Shown: one piece after another, positions 39,517-50,488 of the stretch | Layout: the number at the start of each line of letters is the position of its first letter | Numbering within the stretch: the first letter of the stretch is position 1 | NCBI GenBank assembly: GCA_019058315.1 | Contig: JAHPZH010000001.1 | Span: 375,536-439,535, forward strand | Reading direction: 5' to 3' | DNA length: 64,000 nt | DNA from: Candidatus Helarchaeota archaeon | GTDB taxonomy: Archaea > Asgardarchaeota > Lokiarchaeia > Helarchaeales > RDOG01 | Program-made: the position numbers and the translations under genes | The notes under the pieces: model-generated | Databases searched by the model: none | What the model saw: only the letters and a program-made list of their open reading frames with translations | Told to the model about the DNA's origin: nothing

Positions 39517-40842
39517 TTATTTGAATTGGTTTAAAAGATTTAACATTTGATTATAAACATAAATTCCTGCAACTGGAGAAAAAGATACGATTCCAGTTTC
39601 ATAGCCTCCTATGAAATATTCTTCTGGTGGATAAAGATATCCAATCCAATCATTTCCCAGTTCAATAATAAACGTCTTCTTTATTGGTGATTTAGATATT
39701 AATTTTTTTCCTAAATCAACAAATAATTCTCCAGGAATGCTTAAAATTAAAATATCATTTATCTTAATGGCTTGTAATTCAGTCTGGAAATACCAGTTCC
39801 CTCCTATTTTAATAAAACTGACGTACGACATATTTGAACGATTATAATTCAAGAGAGTTGTGATCAACAGTTTTTTGAATTTAAAAGAAATATGTCTCAT
39901 TATAGATTTCCTGGAATTATCCTCCATCATATCTTTAAGTGGAACATTGATAATTTCTGAGACTACTTTAATATCATCTATTTTAGAACACTTTATCATT
40001 TTCGCGATTTCTAAAGCACCTTCCCCTAATGAATATCCAATTCTCATTGTAGTTTTATAATTCCCTAATCGATTGAACTCGCCATAACTTGACTTACTAA
40101 TTCTTTCTTTCGTGATTAAATGAAATGGTTCATTTTCTGGATATAGATTAGGATTAAGATCACCACAAGGACCATTAGTATACATTGAAAAGACTTTATT
40201 ATTCGTTAATTGCTTAATTCTTCGAACTAAATAACCTGGAAATTCACCAGTTAGTAACGTATTATCCCTTGGTAGAGTAGTTGCATGACAAGCGTAATTA
40301 GTTAGTAAGCCTCGCATTTCACCATTATCAGAGTTGACTCTTAATACGCTTAAGTCAAATTTCGTATCTTTCTGTGGATCTCTTCGATTTAACATGACCC
40401 TTTTTTCAAATTGTTGTTTTTCTAGACCAATTTTTCCGGGTTCTGCGTTCTTTTTAGCCAAAATGGCGGATCTCACTATTTTTAATTCAATTTGAGTCAT
40501 CATTTCTAAGTTAAATGTAGGAGTGAAGAACCCCTTAATGTCAAAAAGTCCTAAAGTGTCTGGTCCACTATGGTTATGATGTGCAGAAATTAAAATATTT
40601 TTAGGTTTCACACCAGTTTGTTTGGAGATTTTCCTCCTCATTCTCTGAACGAACTTATAAAAAATACACACAACTTCAACAGAAATTATAATAATTTCTT
40701 CAGTTCCATTAGAAAAGTATATTGCTCTTGCATATAAGTCATCATGGACACCTGTAGAATATCTTGTTGGTGCATAACCTCCCATTGGGACGCTTTCAAT
40801 ATTTGGAGTAAATTTAACTTCAGAAAATCCAATATATGACAT
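39517..40842 (-). CDS. Neutral/alkaline ceramidase-like hydrolase
   Basis: PMGGY, HDDLYARA, AHHNHSGP, NRR, NYACHAT, GPCGDLNP, PGE, GGYE. Confidence 0.85.
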   Translation of the reverse strand: MSYIGFSEVKFTPNIESVPMGGYAPTRYSTGVHDDLYARAIYFSNGTEEIIIISVEVVCIFYKFVQRMRRKISKQTGVKPKNILISAHHNHSGPDTLGLFDIKGFFTPTFNLEMMTQIELKIVRSAILAKKNAEPGKIGLEKQQFEKRVMLNRRDPQKDTKFDLSVLRVNSDNGEMRGLLTNYACHATTLPRDNTLLTGEFPGYLVRRIKQLTNNKVFSMYTNGPCGDLNPNLYPENEPFHLITKERISKSSYGEFNRLGNYKTTMRIGYSLGEGALEIAKMIKCSKIDDIKVVSEIINVPLKDMMEDNSRKSIMRHISFKFKKLLITTLLNYNRSNMSYVSFIKIGGNWYFQTELQAIKINDILILSIPGELFVDLGKKLISKSPIKKTFIIELGNDWIGYLYPPEEYFIGGYETGIVSFSPVAGIYVYNQMLNLLNQFK

Positions 40843-41245
40843 TTTTTAATTACTCGAAATGATTTTAATTTGAATTTTGGTTTTTTAGATAATTATATTT
40901 ATTAATAAAACTAGATTAATTTATTATTTTAATCCTTTATTTCGATAAATTTTTTGAATTTTAACTTGAAAATACTATAAAAACAATTATTTATTTATTT
41001 CAATTACGAGGAAATTTAATTTTAAAGGAATATTTTTCTGATTCTTCAAGTTATAACTAATTATTATCATTATATTATTTAATTCTTCTAATATTTCCCT
41101 TAGAATATTTTTAGGAATCTAGTCTATGCTACAAGTAATAGTAATATGAAATCCAAAACAGCTTTATAAAGTAGTTTTCCAATAAATATAATTGTTATAT
41201 ATATGATATAACAAAAACTAATTTTAAAAAAAATGGTGAAAGTTA

Positions 41246-43516
41246 ATGGGAAAAAAAGCGGCTGTCGGCCTTATTATAATAATAGGCGTAGCTGGTGGTA
41301 TAGCTGGATGGTATTTCTTTCTACGACCAAAAGGTGCTGACTATTCCGGACTTTTACTCTTACCTCTCCTTCTCCCAGAGCTTCCAACACCCCCGGTAAA
41401 AGTAGATAGTTCTATCGTCGCAGACCTAAAGCATGGAGTTGGTATATTTGTTGGCGATTATACTTTAAAAAACTTCGATAGTAGTATTGTTCCTACTTTT
41501 CCTGATTTTGAAATTCCTTTATTAGGTACACTTAAGGTTCAAAATACAACTTTAGTAACTAATCCAATTTCTGTTACTGGAAGTTTCACATATATAAATC
41601 TGTTTGAAGATGCTTCACTCACAATGACGAATGTTAGTTACCCAAACTTAGAAATCAATTGTTTCGGCGATTCCGTACTGTTAGTCGACAATTGTACTAT
41701 TGGTGCAATCTATGCTCGAGAAAACTCCAAAGTGACTGTTAAGAATTCTACAGTGGGAGCTATTTACGATGCTGATCTTACCACTTTAACAGTTTATGAA
41801 GTACTAGATGTAGAATTTGAAGGAATTACCAGTAAAATAAAAATTTTAAATAATACAATGGTGTCTACTGTTATAATAAAAGCTGGAGCAGATGCTGAAA
41901 TAGATAGTAGTATAATTGGATATATGCTTGCTGAAAGTCCCGAATCTGATAAACCAGCGATCTTAAACATCACAGGCTCAACAATCGGATCTAACATTAC
42001 CTTAGGTGCATCTACAGATGCAACACTTAACGCTGTAGTTGTTGCTCAAACACTAAGATTAGAAGCTGATGCTATAGGAAGAGTAACTTCTCTAACTGCT
42101 ACATTAGTTGAGGTTGTTCAAGGAGCACAATGCCTTTTAATTAATTCTGTAGTTGGAACATTAAATTATGGTATTGTATGTGCTGCACTAACAACAACTG
42201 TTAATGCTTTTGTTGCTACGGGTGCTGGCTACCAAAATAATACGGTGTTAGCGGGTACTACTACAATTCCAGAGATAAATAAACATCTTGTTTCTGTTTT
42301 AGCAATAAACAATGCAATTGCAAATATTATTAATTGTCCAGGCCTTGATAGCGTAATGGCTGCTAATTTCGGAAACGTGTCAATGAGTTATTCACTCGCA
42401 ATATACGTTATCGGTAAAGATTCATCCATCTTTAATATTCAATTATCATCTATAATAACTCTAGTTACATTTGATCAATCTAATGTGACAATGGATCAAG
42501 TCACTGTTATAGGAACGACGATAAGTGTTAGTATTGGAGGTACTAGTATAGGTTTTCCAGTAGGAATAATAACATCAGATAATTCAATAGTGAATATGCA
42601 AAATTCGACTGCTTATGCTCTAACTGGTGGTGATTCGTCACAATTATACTTGGATAATATTACAATAAATCTACTTTTAGATATTGAAACGACAGGAATT
42701 GTCCAAGTAACAAATACATTAGGTGGCAATACAATTCTAGCTTTAGAAGTAGGTATAGGAACTCAAGGTGGTCCCGTTGGTAATGTGTTAATCCAAGGTG
42801 CAAAGATTGCACAAGCAACAGTAAAAGGATCAGCAGTCACCAGTTTTGTAACATGTGACTTTTCAACAGGAATATTATTAGAAGGAATCATAGTTTCATC
42901 AGGTACAGTCTTATTAACCGCTGGAGTCCAAACAAGTGGTACAAGTTCAAATTATACAACACTTGATGGTGCTACAAAAGCATCTTTAATTACAGGATTA
43001 AATAGGTTTATAGGTTACGTAGAAGTAAACAATTCAGCAATATTGAATATGGTTAATTATCAGTGGTCTACTCCAATAGGAATATCTGCAGTTAATGTTT
43101 CAATAGATATGTATCATAATTCACAAGCCAATCTACAAAATGCATCATTGGGTTTAGTATTTATGTTTAACAGCTCCTCAGCTAATATGGCTAATTGTAC
43201 AATTCAACCTCCTATCACTGCTTTATATGCCTTAGTAGTTGTTCATGAAGCCTCAGTTCAATGTTCTCTAGGGACAATAATTACATTATTCCTTGTTGGT
43301 AGGGAAAATGCTCAATCAGCATATTCTATTACCTGTTCAAACTCAATTCTTGGTTTAGGCTTTGTGGTTGGGTATGCTAAAATTCAATGTACTACTTGTT
43401 CTGTTGGTATTGTGGAATGTGTCGCAGGAGCAGATACTCTTGCTTATGCTGTAGAATTACTTGCCGGAACTCAAGCATCCCAAGTAAATGCAAGAAGTTG
43501 GGGACCTCTAGCTTAA
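41246..43516 (+). CDS. N-terminally anchored beta-helix-like surface protein
   Basis: N-terminal TM; periodic short strands (DNSxVxMxNSTV-type); very few charged residues. Confidence 0.75.
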   Translation: MGKKAAVGLIIIIGVAGGIAGWYFFLRPKGADYSGLLLLPLLLPELPTPPVKVDSSIVADLKHGVGIFVGDYTLKNFDSSIVPTFPDFEIPLLGTLKVQNTTLVTNPISVTGSFTYINLFEDASLTMTNVSYPNLEINCFGDSVLLVDNCTIGAIYARENSKVTVKNSTVGAIYDADLTTLTVYEVLDVEFEGITSKIKILNNTMVSTVIIKAGADAEIDSSIIGYMLAESPESDKPAILNITGSTIGSNITLGASTDATLNAVVVAQTLRLEADAIGRVTSLTATLVEVVQGAQCLLINSVVGTLNYGIVCAALTTTVNAFVATGAGYQNNTVLAGTTTIPEINKHLVSVLAINNAIANIINCPGLDSVMAANFGNVSMSYSLAIYVIGKDSSIFNIQLSSIITLVTFDQSNVTMDQVTVIGTTISVSIGGTSIGFPVGIITSDNSIVNMQNSTAYALTGGDSSQLYLDNITINLLLDIETTGIVQVTNTLGGNTILALEVGIGTQGGPVGNVLIQGAKIAQATVKGSAVTSFVTCDFSTGILLEGIIVSSGTVLLTAGVQTSGTSSNYTTLDGATKASLITGLNRFIGYVEVNNSAILNMVNYQWSTPIGISAVNVSIDMYHNSQANLQNASLGLVFMFNSSSANMANCTIQPPITALYALVVVHEASVQCSLGTIITLFLVGRENAQSAYSITCSNSILGLGFVVGYAKIQCTTCSVGIVECVAGADTLAYAVELLAGTQASQVNARSWGPLA

Positions 43517-43614
43517 TACTTTTTTTTATTTTTTTTTTTAATAAGCATAATATAACTTTTTTAATTAAAGCCATATTTTCGTTGTAGCCATATGTCGTTG
43601 TGAATTATTCTATG

Positions 43615-44634
43615 TCAAGATTTAGCAATAATATAACTAAATAATGTAATACTTGAAAAAATTCCAATTGCATAAGCAATATTAAACGAAGGTATCACGA
43701 TATTTACATTTACAAATAGAAATATTATCGTAGCAATGATTAAAATTACAATTAGAGATAATAACAACAATAATCGCTCTATAGTCGTATATGGTTTATT
43801 ATCTGCTGAGAAGACTCTTAACCATAAAATGAATATAATTCCCATGAGAGGAAGAAATAAAATTAGAATGAAAGTAAAGGGGAATAATAATATTCCACTT
43901 AATTGATCCCTTACATCTTCAACATCTGTTTTATAACGTTCATATTCTGCAGCATAGACAGTTCCGTAATTTTTTCGGATCCTTGTTTGATAACTTTTCC
44001 AAAGGGAGTATTTGAAGTTTCCAAACTTTCCTTTTATTTTCTCCCATAAGCATTCTTCATCAAGAGGACAATATTGACTTCGAATAATAGGAATTAAGTA
44101 CACTTGAATAATTAAGGACCATAAACCGAACAATAAACCAGCTAATTCTTCAAGGAATCTAAAAATATCCGAAAAAAAAGTTGATTGTCCGAAAATAATC
44201 TGTATTATGCGAGTTAATTCCTCAAAAAATCTTATTAATTGGTCAAAAAATGTTATTGGTTGATAAGTTATTCCAACAAAAAGATTATATATTCCATATC
44301 CACAAATAGCAGCTGCAAAAATAATCAGAATAATTTTAAGAATACTAACTCTTTTTTTATGCCCTTTAATTGTATTTGAAAAAATCTTAAAAAAGAATAC
44401 ACAGATGGTTCCAAAAGTTATACTTATGCCCAAACCCGCTATAACTTTCATTGTTATTCCTGATACTATTATTAAGATCATTATGAATGATTCTTCAAAT
44501 AATGCTCTCAAACTCCAGTTGCTTAATCCCAAAATTAATAAAAATAAGCCCGAACCAACTGATAAGCTAATAATATAACTTAATAATAAATTATCTGCTA
44601 TTTTTTTGCTAAATTTTTGAATATAAGTATACAT
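43615..44634 (-). CDS. Multi-pass membrane protein, hypothetical
   Basis: About 7 hydrophobic segments. Confidence 0.7.
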   Translation of the reverse strand: MYTYIQKFSKKIADNLLLSYIISLSVGSGLFLLILGLSNWSLRALFEESFIMILIIVSGITMKVIAGLGISITFGTICVFFFKIFSNTIKGHKKRVSILKIILIIFAAAICGYGIYNLFVGITYQPITFFDQLIRFFEELTRIIQIIFGQSTFFSDIFRFLEELAGLLFGLWSLIIQVYLIPIIRSQYCPLDEECLWEKIKGKFGNFKYSLWKSYQTRIRKNYGTVYAAEYERYKTDVEDVRDQLSGILLFPFTFILILFLPLMGIIFILWLRVFSADNKPYTTIERLLLLLSLIVILIIATIIFLFVNVNIVIPSFNIAYAIGIFSSITLFSYIIAKS

Positions 44635-44746
44635 ATTTAACCCAAATTTTATATTTTAATAATTAATTAAACAGTTGAAATTACATTAAATATCAGAAAT
44701 TATAAAAAGTTTTTAATAAACTTACCAAAATGAGCTGAATTCAAAT

Positions 44747-45637
44747 TTGCCAGAATTTAACTTTTCACAGTTAGAATTTGCTGATAATATTGAATTTGTT
44801 ATCCTTGGTATACCTCTCGATTGTACTTCTGCAAAACCAACGGATAGTAGAAATGCTCCAAATAAAATTCGCGAAGTTTCTAATCAATTTGCAGATTATT
44901 CTGAGCTAGAATTTGATTTAAATGAAGCTTTGATTTATGATGCAGGTGATATCGAACTTACAAATAAGAAAATAGATTTGGATTTAGATTTAAAAGAGAT
45001 CGATAAAAAACTCAATTCATTTAAAAATGCAAAAAATATTTGTTTTGTAAATCTAGGTGGAGATCATTTTATTACTTATCCTGTTATACAAAACTTGGCA
45101 AAAATACATAAAAATTTGGGATTAATTTCCTTTGATGCTCATTTAGATTTGTATAATAAATGGAATGAATCCTCTTTTTCAAATGCAACAGTAATAAGAA
45201 GAATATGCGAATTACCAAATTTTGATTTAATAAATTTGATTTTTGTAGGAGTTCGAGATATAGATCTAGAAGAGCTTGACTTTGCTAAAGAAAAACAACT
45301 TAAAATGATAAAATCACATGAAATTAACCAATTAAATTTAATCTCGATATTAAGTGAAAAAATTGAAAATATGAAAAATAATAATATTAAGGATCTTTAT
45401 GTATCGATTGATATAGATGTATTAGATCTTCCATATGCTCCAGGAACGGGTTATAAAATTCCAGGGGGATTAAATTATCGTTCAGTTTGGGAAGGTTTAA
45501 AAATTATTGCAGAAAATTTCAATATTGTTGGATTTGACTTGGTAGAAGTTGCGCCTAGCTTGGATATTGGAAACTTAACCTCTATTCATGCTTCTAGACT
45601 AATTTTAGAATTCATTGGAATGATAAAAAATTATTAG
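44747..45637 (+). CDS. speB: Agmatinase (arginase/ureohydrolase family)
   Basis: LGGDH, FDAHLD, SIDIDVLD, APGTG, DLVEV. Confidence 0.85.
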   Translation: MPEFNFSQLEFADNIEFVILGIPLDCTSAKPTDSRNAPNKIREVSNQFADYSELEFDLNEALIYDAGDIELTNKKIDLDLDLKEIDKKLNSFKNAKNICFVNLGGDHFITYPVIQNLAKIHKNLGLISFDAHLDLYNKWNESSFSNATVIRRICELPNFDLINLIFVGVRDIDLEELDFAKEKQLKMIKSHEINQLNLISILSEKIENMKNNNIKDLYVSIDIDVLDLPYAPGTGYKIPGGLNYRSVWEGLKIIAENFNIVGFDLVEVAPSLDIGNLTSIHASRLILEFIGMIKNY

Positions 45638-45660
45638 TTTTAAATGAAGTCCTTTGTTTT

Positions 45661-46392
45661 CTATTCCCATCCAATAGCATTTTTGTACCAGTCTGGCATA
45701 GTAATACTAATATACATTATAATTGCATAGATGAGAAATCCTAAACGCACAAATAGTGATATAATATCAAAAAATCCTAAAAGTTCAAAAATAAATGAAA
45801 TTGTAATAATAATTTGGGCAATTCCCATGGTTGCAATACGCAATGCACCTGGTCGTGCTTTATTAATGTTCCTATTTGAATAAATTAGGAATACTAATAT
45901 AGGAATGGCTATTAATGGGAGTAAAAATGGCATTGCAATTAAAAAAACATAATCTGGATAAACAAGATCTCCATTTATTACAGGACTTGGTTGATTAATT
46001 AAAAACCATATGGATAAGAAAATTAAATCTAGAATTACTATAAAAGTAAGCTTTTTAACTTCATCTGGGTATGTCATTTCAAATGAAAACATGTCGAATA
46101 ATGCAACAACTACAAAACTGAAAATTATAGCCATGTTATTAAATAAAAATCTTGTAAATTGATTGTTAGAAGTAAACAATACTATACGATTAGAACCCAA
46201 AAATACTAAAGCAGTACCTAGAAAAATAAAGATTAAGACAAATAGCAGAATACTTCTTTCTTTATTCTCTTTATATTTAAAAGATACTTTTATTGTTAAA
46301 ATAAAAGAAAATAATGCAGCGACAAAAATTTCAATAATACTGATTAATTCAACTGGATTAAATTGAATTATTTGAATAGTAGGTAGAACCAT
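45661..46392 (-). CDS. 7-TM membrane protein, hypothetical
   Basis: Seven hydrophobic helices ending in MPDWYK. Confidence 0.7.
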   Translation of the reverse strand: MVLPTIQIIQFNPVELISIIEIFVAALFSFILTIKVSFKYKENKERSILLFVLIFIFLGTALVFLGSNRIVLFTSNNQFTRFLFNNMAIIFSFVVVALFDMFSFEMTYPDEVKKLTFIVILDLIFLSIWFLINQPSPVINGDLVYPDYVFLIAMPFLLPLIAIPILVFLIYSNRNINKARPGALRIATMGIAQIIITISFIFELLGFFDIISLFVRLGFLIYAIIMYISITMPDWYKNAIGWE

Positions 46393-46657
46393 TTTAACAC
46401 CTAGAAAAAATTCATTTAATTACTATTACATCAAATTTTTTAATGGTATTATATTTACCATTTTTGTTTTATAAGTTTGTGTAACTGGAATAATTTTGGC
46501 TTGTTTAAATTTCAGATCTTTAAATTTTTACTTCTCATAAAGACATACCAATCTTATAAAATAAATTAATATACTAGTATTAAAATCCAATCATTTCCGA
46601 CAAAATTAACTAATTTTTAAGAATGTTTTCAGTATTAAGGATATTTGGTGATAAATT

Positions 46658-47821
46658 TTGGGTAGTTTTTCTAAATTGGCAATATTAGGAGCACAATCAA
46701 AATATGATGTATCTAATTCCGCATTTTCAAATGTTTCTAATACATTAAATAATATGGAAAGGTTACCCCCGGGATGTTGCAAACTATTATTACCAAATGG
46801 GGGGTTTATTAGTGTTCTAAAAGTTCTTTTTTCTAATAAATGTATTCATGATTGCAAATATTGCTTTAATTCTACCCAAAGTTTTCAAAAAAAGCTATGT
46901 TTTGAAAGTCAAGAGCTAGCTAAAGTATTCATGAATTTACATATGAGAAAATATGTCAAAGGTTTATTCTTAAGTTCCGCAGTTGTTAGAAATGCAGAAA
47001 AAACAATGGAACAGATGATTGAAACTGTAGAGATATTGAGAAGCCCCAAATATAATTTTGGGGGATATATTCATTTAAAAGTCTTACCCGGAACTCCCTA
47101 TGATCTAGTAAAACGCGGAGCGGTGGTCGTAGATAGAATGAGTGTAAATTTGGAAGCTCCTAATAAATCTCGATTTTTGGAGCTAAGTTCTACAAAAAAT
47201 TATAAGTCTGATATTCTTACAAGATTGAGATGGCTTGGTGAATTAAAGAATGAAAAAGGGTTCATCCGTTCTGGTCATACAACCCAATTTGTAGTTGGAG
47301 CAAGTGATGAATCCGATAAAGAGCTTTTAAGAACTTCAAATATGTTATATACTAAATTTAATTTAAATCGTGCTTATTATTCCGCTTTTGAACCTATTAG
47401 GGATACTGCACTCGAAAATCATCCACCTACGCCAACAATTCGCCAGCACCGACTTTATCAAACTGACTGGCTTCTTCGAATTTATGGTTTTAATTTCAAG
47501 GAGATTAATTTGGCATTTGAAGATGATGAAAATTTGCCTTTGGATAAAGATCCCAAAATTCTAATTGCAAGACAAAATAAGGAATTATTTCCATTAGAAA
47601 TAAATGAGGCATCTTATGAAGACCTTCTTCGAGTTCCTGGAATAGGACCAAATACAGCTAGAAAAATTGTTACATACCGAAATTCTGTAAAAAAATTCAA
47701 AAAATTAAATCAACTAAAAAGAACTGGCGTCATTTTAAAAAGAGCCTTACCCTATATTAAAATTCAAGGGAAATTTCAAAAAAATTTAAAGGATTTTATT
47801 AATAATACTGCAAGATTTTAA
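46658..47821 (+). CDS. Putative DNA modification/repair radical SAM protein with C-terminal HhH
   Basis: CIHDCKYC, GLFLSS, GYIHLK, RLYQTDWLLRIYGF, LLRVPGIGP. Confidence 0.9.
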   Translation: MGSFSKLAILGAQSKYDVSNSAFSNVSNTLNNMERLPPGCCKLLLPNGGFISVLKVLFSNKCIHDCKYCFNSTQSFQKKLCFESQELAKVFMNLHMRKYVKGLFLSSAVVRNAEKTMEQMIETVEILRSPKYNFGGYIHLKVLPGTPYDLVKRGAVVVDRMSVNLEAPNKSRFLELSSTKNYKSDILTRLRWLGELKNEKGFIRSGHTTQFVVGASDESDKELLRTSNMLYTKFNLNRAYYSAFEPIRDTALENHPPTPTIRQHRLYQTDWLLRIYGFNFKEINLAFEDDENLPLDKDPKILIARQNKELFPLEINEASYEDLLRVPGIGPNTARKIVTYRNSVKKFKKLNQLKRTGVILKRALPYIKIQGKFQKNLKDFINNTARF

Positions 47822-47864
47822 AACTATTTTCGAATTTTAATATTTATAAAAAGAAGAAATCAAT

Positions 47865-48407
47865 TTATTCTTTTTGTTTTGCTTCTTCTTGTGCAATCAA
47901 CACATTAGATAACGCCTTGAATGCCTCTTCAACATTTTGCCCAGTCAAAGCCGAAGTTTCTAAAAAACGAAATGCGCTTACCCGTCCTCCGAGCTCATTT
48001 CCTTCATATGAATCTACACGTTTGAGATTTGCAGGCATATCATTTTTATTTGCAACTAAAATCACGGGAACTTTTTCTTCTTTACAAAAATTCTTAAAGT
48101 CAGGGAACCAATAATCTTCAATATGTTTAAAGGTAATAGGTCTTGAAACATCGTAAACCATAATACAACCAGAAGAACCTTGATAATAAACATGGCGCAT
48201 ATCTGTCCATCTTTCCTGACCGGCAATATCCCAAAGTGTTAAATTTATTTTATTTTTCGCTAACTTAACTGTCTTACGCAATATATTCGTCCCTATGGTC
48301 TCCTTATAATCTGCTTCAAAGGTGTCTTGAATAAATCTGTTTATTAAACTGGTCTTACCTACGGCAGGATCGCCTATAACGATAATCTTAAAAACATATT
48401 CAGACAT
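47865..48407 (-). CDS. Rab-like Ras superfamily small GTPase
   Basis: GDPAVGKT, TIG, WDIAGQE, YYQG, NKND, ETSA. Confidence 0.95.
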   Translation of the reverse strand: MSEYVFKIIVIGDPAVGKTSLINRFIQDTFEADYKETIGTNILRKTVKLAKNKINLTLWDIAGQERWTDMRHVYYQGSSGCIMVYDVSRPITFKHIEDYWFPDFKNFCKEEKVPVILVANKNDMPANLKRVDSYEGNELGGRVSAFRFLETSALTGQNVEEAFKALSNVLIAQEEAKQKE

Positions 48408-48648
48408 TTTCCACTTTCTCCTTCAAATTTTCCTCAATTCTTTGAAAATGGTTGAAATTTTTATTTTAAAGTATTTTCTCAATTAATAGATATGATATAT
48501 TATTAGACATTTCTCAGTCTTTATTAAATTAGTGGTATTGTTGAGAGTAAGTTAATGTATCAAATTTGTAATAATTTTGATTTATGAAAGGTTTAATTTA
48601 ATTTTAAATCTTAAATTAAAATATTTTTATAGGAATGGGCGATTTTTA

Positions 48649-49527
48649 ATGATTCTTATAATTGGTTATCCAACAACTTATGAATCCATGAGATTAAAGG
48701 AAGAATTGACAAAAAAAAATCTTAATTTTAAAATGATTCGCTGGCAAGACATAGTATTGCCCTTTAAGGAAATACCAGAACTATGTTTGATACGTGGATC
48801 CGTAGATTTAGATATTCATTTCGCAGTTCCTTACATGGAAACTATAATAGAAGAATTAGAACGAATGGGTTGTATAACTATTCCCCCAATCAAAATGATT
48901 ACAAAATGTGATAAAGCCACGACTTATCTTTTATGGAAAAAATATCTAAAAAATGTAATCAAAATGCCAGAATCAATTATTACTGTTAATATTGAAAAAG
49001 GAATTCAATTTCTTGAAAATAAAAAAATCGTCGTGTTCAAACCCATGGTTGGAGGGTTGGGGAGAGGTGTAGAATTAATAAAAGAAGATGAGATAGAAAA
49101 ATTAGAGAATCTTGTTAAAAAATTTGGAATCATCTTTCTGCAAGAGTTTATCCCAAATAGGGACTATGATATTAGAACGGTTTTTATTGGAGACGAATTT
49201 ATTTCTCAATATATCAGGTATAATCCATCTGATTTCCGCAATAATATTCATCTTGGGGGATTAGGAAAAACAATTGAACAAATGGAAGAAAAAGATCCAG
49301 AAATCATACATTTTTGCGAGAAATCGGAGGAACTTGCATATTATTTGAAAGCCGTAGTTAAATTCAATATGTTTGGAATTGATACAATCCCCTCCAAGGA
49401 TGGTGAGTTGTATTTTCTTGAAATAAATCCCTTTTTCGGATTCCAAGGGATGGATAACACAAATAATACAGATGTAGCCAAAATTATGGTCGAATTTATA
49501 ATACGAACACTTAATAATTCTCATTAA
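48649..49527 (+). CDS. RimK/LysX-like ATP-grasp ligase
   Basis: VFKP..GGLGRGV, LQEFI, YDIR, FRNNIHLGG, GID, LEINP; start moved to MILIIG. Confidence 0.85.
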   Translation: MILIIGYPTTYESMRLKEELTKKNLNFKMIRWQDIVLPFKEIPELCLIRGSVDLDIHFAVPYMETIIEELERMGCITIPPIKMITKCDKATTYLLWKKYLKNVIKMPESIITVNIEKGIQFLENKKIVVFKPMVGGLGRGVELIKEDEIEKLENLVKKFGIIFLQEFIPNRDYDIRTVFIGDEFISQYIRYNPSDFRNNIHLGGLGKTIEQMEEKDPEIIHFCEKSEELAYYLKAVVKFNMFGIDTIPSKDGELYFLEINPFFGFQGMDNTNNTDVAKIMVEFIIRTLNNSH

Positions 49528-49540
49528 TTGGAGGGATTTC

Positions 49541-50425
49541 TTGAAAAAAATCGCAATTCTATGTAACTCAAAATTGTATTCAAATTATTCAAATAAAATT
49601 AAATCCGCTTTAGAGGCTAAAAACGTTCAAGTTGAGATATTCTATAGTGATTCATTAGATATAAATAATGAAAAATTTTTTGAATTTGACTTAATTTATT
49701 CCAGACTGAGCGGTTTAAAGTGGACCTATGAAATAATGTCTCAAATTGGAATTAATGGTCTAGATCTTATTCCTAATTTAGAATATTATAGAATATCGCA
49801 GAATAAATATATATCCACTGTAATCACTCAAAAATTTGGGATAAAGACCCCAAAAACCCATTTGATTTCTACTAATCCAAAATTTTTAGATGAGAATTTT
49901 GAAATTGCAAAAAAAATAGGTTTTCCAGTTGTAATCAAACCTCTTTATAGTTCATTAGGTGGAAAACTATGTTTCAAGATTGAAGACAAAAACGACTTAA
50001 GGAGTGGTTTGGTAAGTTTATTTAAATGCTACCAAGAAGGGAGCGATCTAATCGGGACATACGATTATGGTATTATTCAAAAATTTATCAATTATGATAA
50101 ATTAGTAAGATCCGTTGTTATTGATGGAAATACAGTTGTCTGTGGTTACGATACTCCTAAGAACAATTGGAAATGTTCAGTTTGTTTAAATCCTAATATC
50201 CAAAAATGTGAAACAGAAATGATTTCTGAATTGAAACAATTTAATAAGGCAATTTTTAATGCCTTTAAAGGGGAAATAATGATCGTCGATGTATTTGAAA
50301 CTGTTAAAGGGTTTATATTTAATGAATCTAATACTGCATGCGGTCTATTCAATCTTGAACAAGTTTCAGGAGTAAACTGTGCAGAAATTATAGCAAAATT
50401 TCTAATTAAAAAATTAATAAAATAA
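49541..50425 (+). CDS. RimK-like ATP-grasp ligase, second copy
   Basis: NKY, GFPVVIKP..SSLG, IIQKFI, IVDV, FNESN. Confidence 0.8.
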   Translation: MKKIAILCNSKLYSNYSNKIKSALEAKNVQVEIFYSDSLDINNEKFFEFDLIYSRLSGLKWTYEIMSQIGINGLDLIPNLEYYRISQNKYISTVITQKFGIKTPKTHLISTNPKFLDENFEIAKKIGFPVVIKPLYSSLGGKLCFKIEDKNDLRSGLVSLFKCYQEGSDLIGTYDYGIIQKFINYDKLVRSVVIDGNTVVCGYDTPKNNWKCSVCLNPNIQKCETEMISELKQFNKAIFNAFKGEIMIVDVFETVKGFIFNESNTACGLFNLEQVSGVNCAEIIAKFLIKKLIK

Positions 50426-50488
50426 TTTAGTTATTAATTATCTTAAAAATATAGAATTATTTTCAAGCTACTTTATGGTGTTTAAATT

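Noticed and set aside
45661-46392. 7-TM protein considered as a rhodopsin or GPCR
   Set aside because: No retinal-binding Lys motif in helix 7 and no GPCR signature visible
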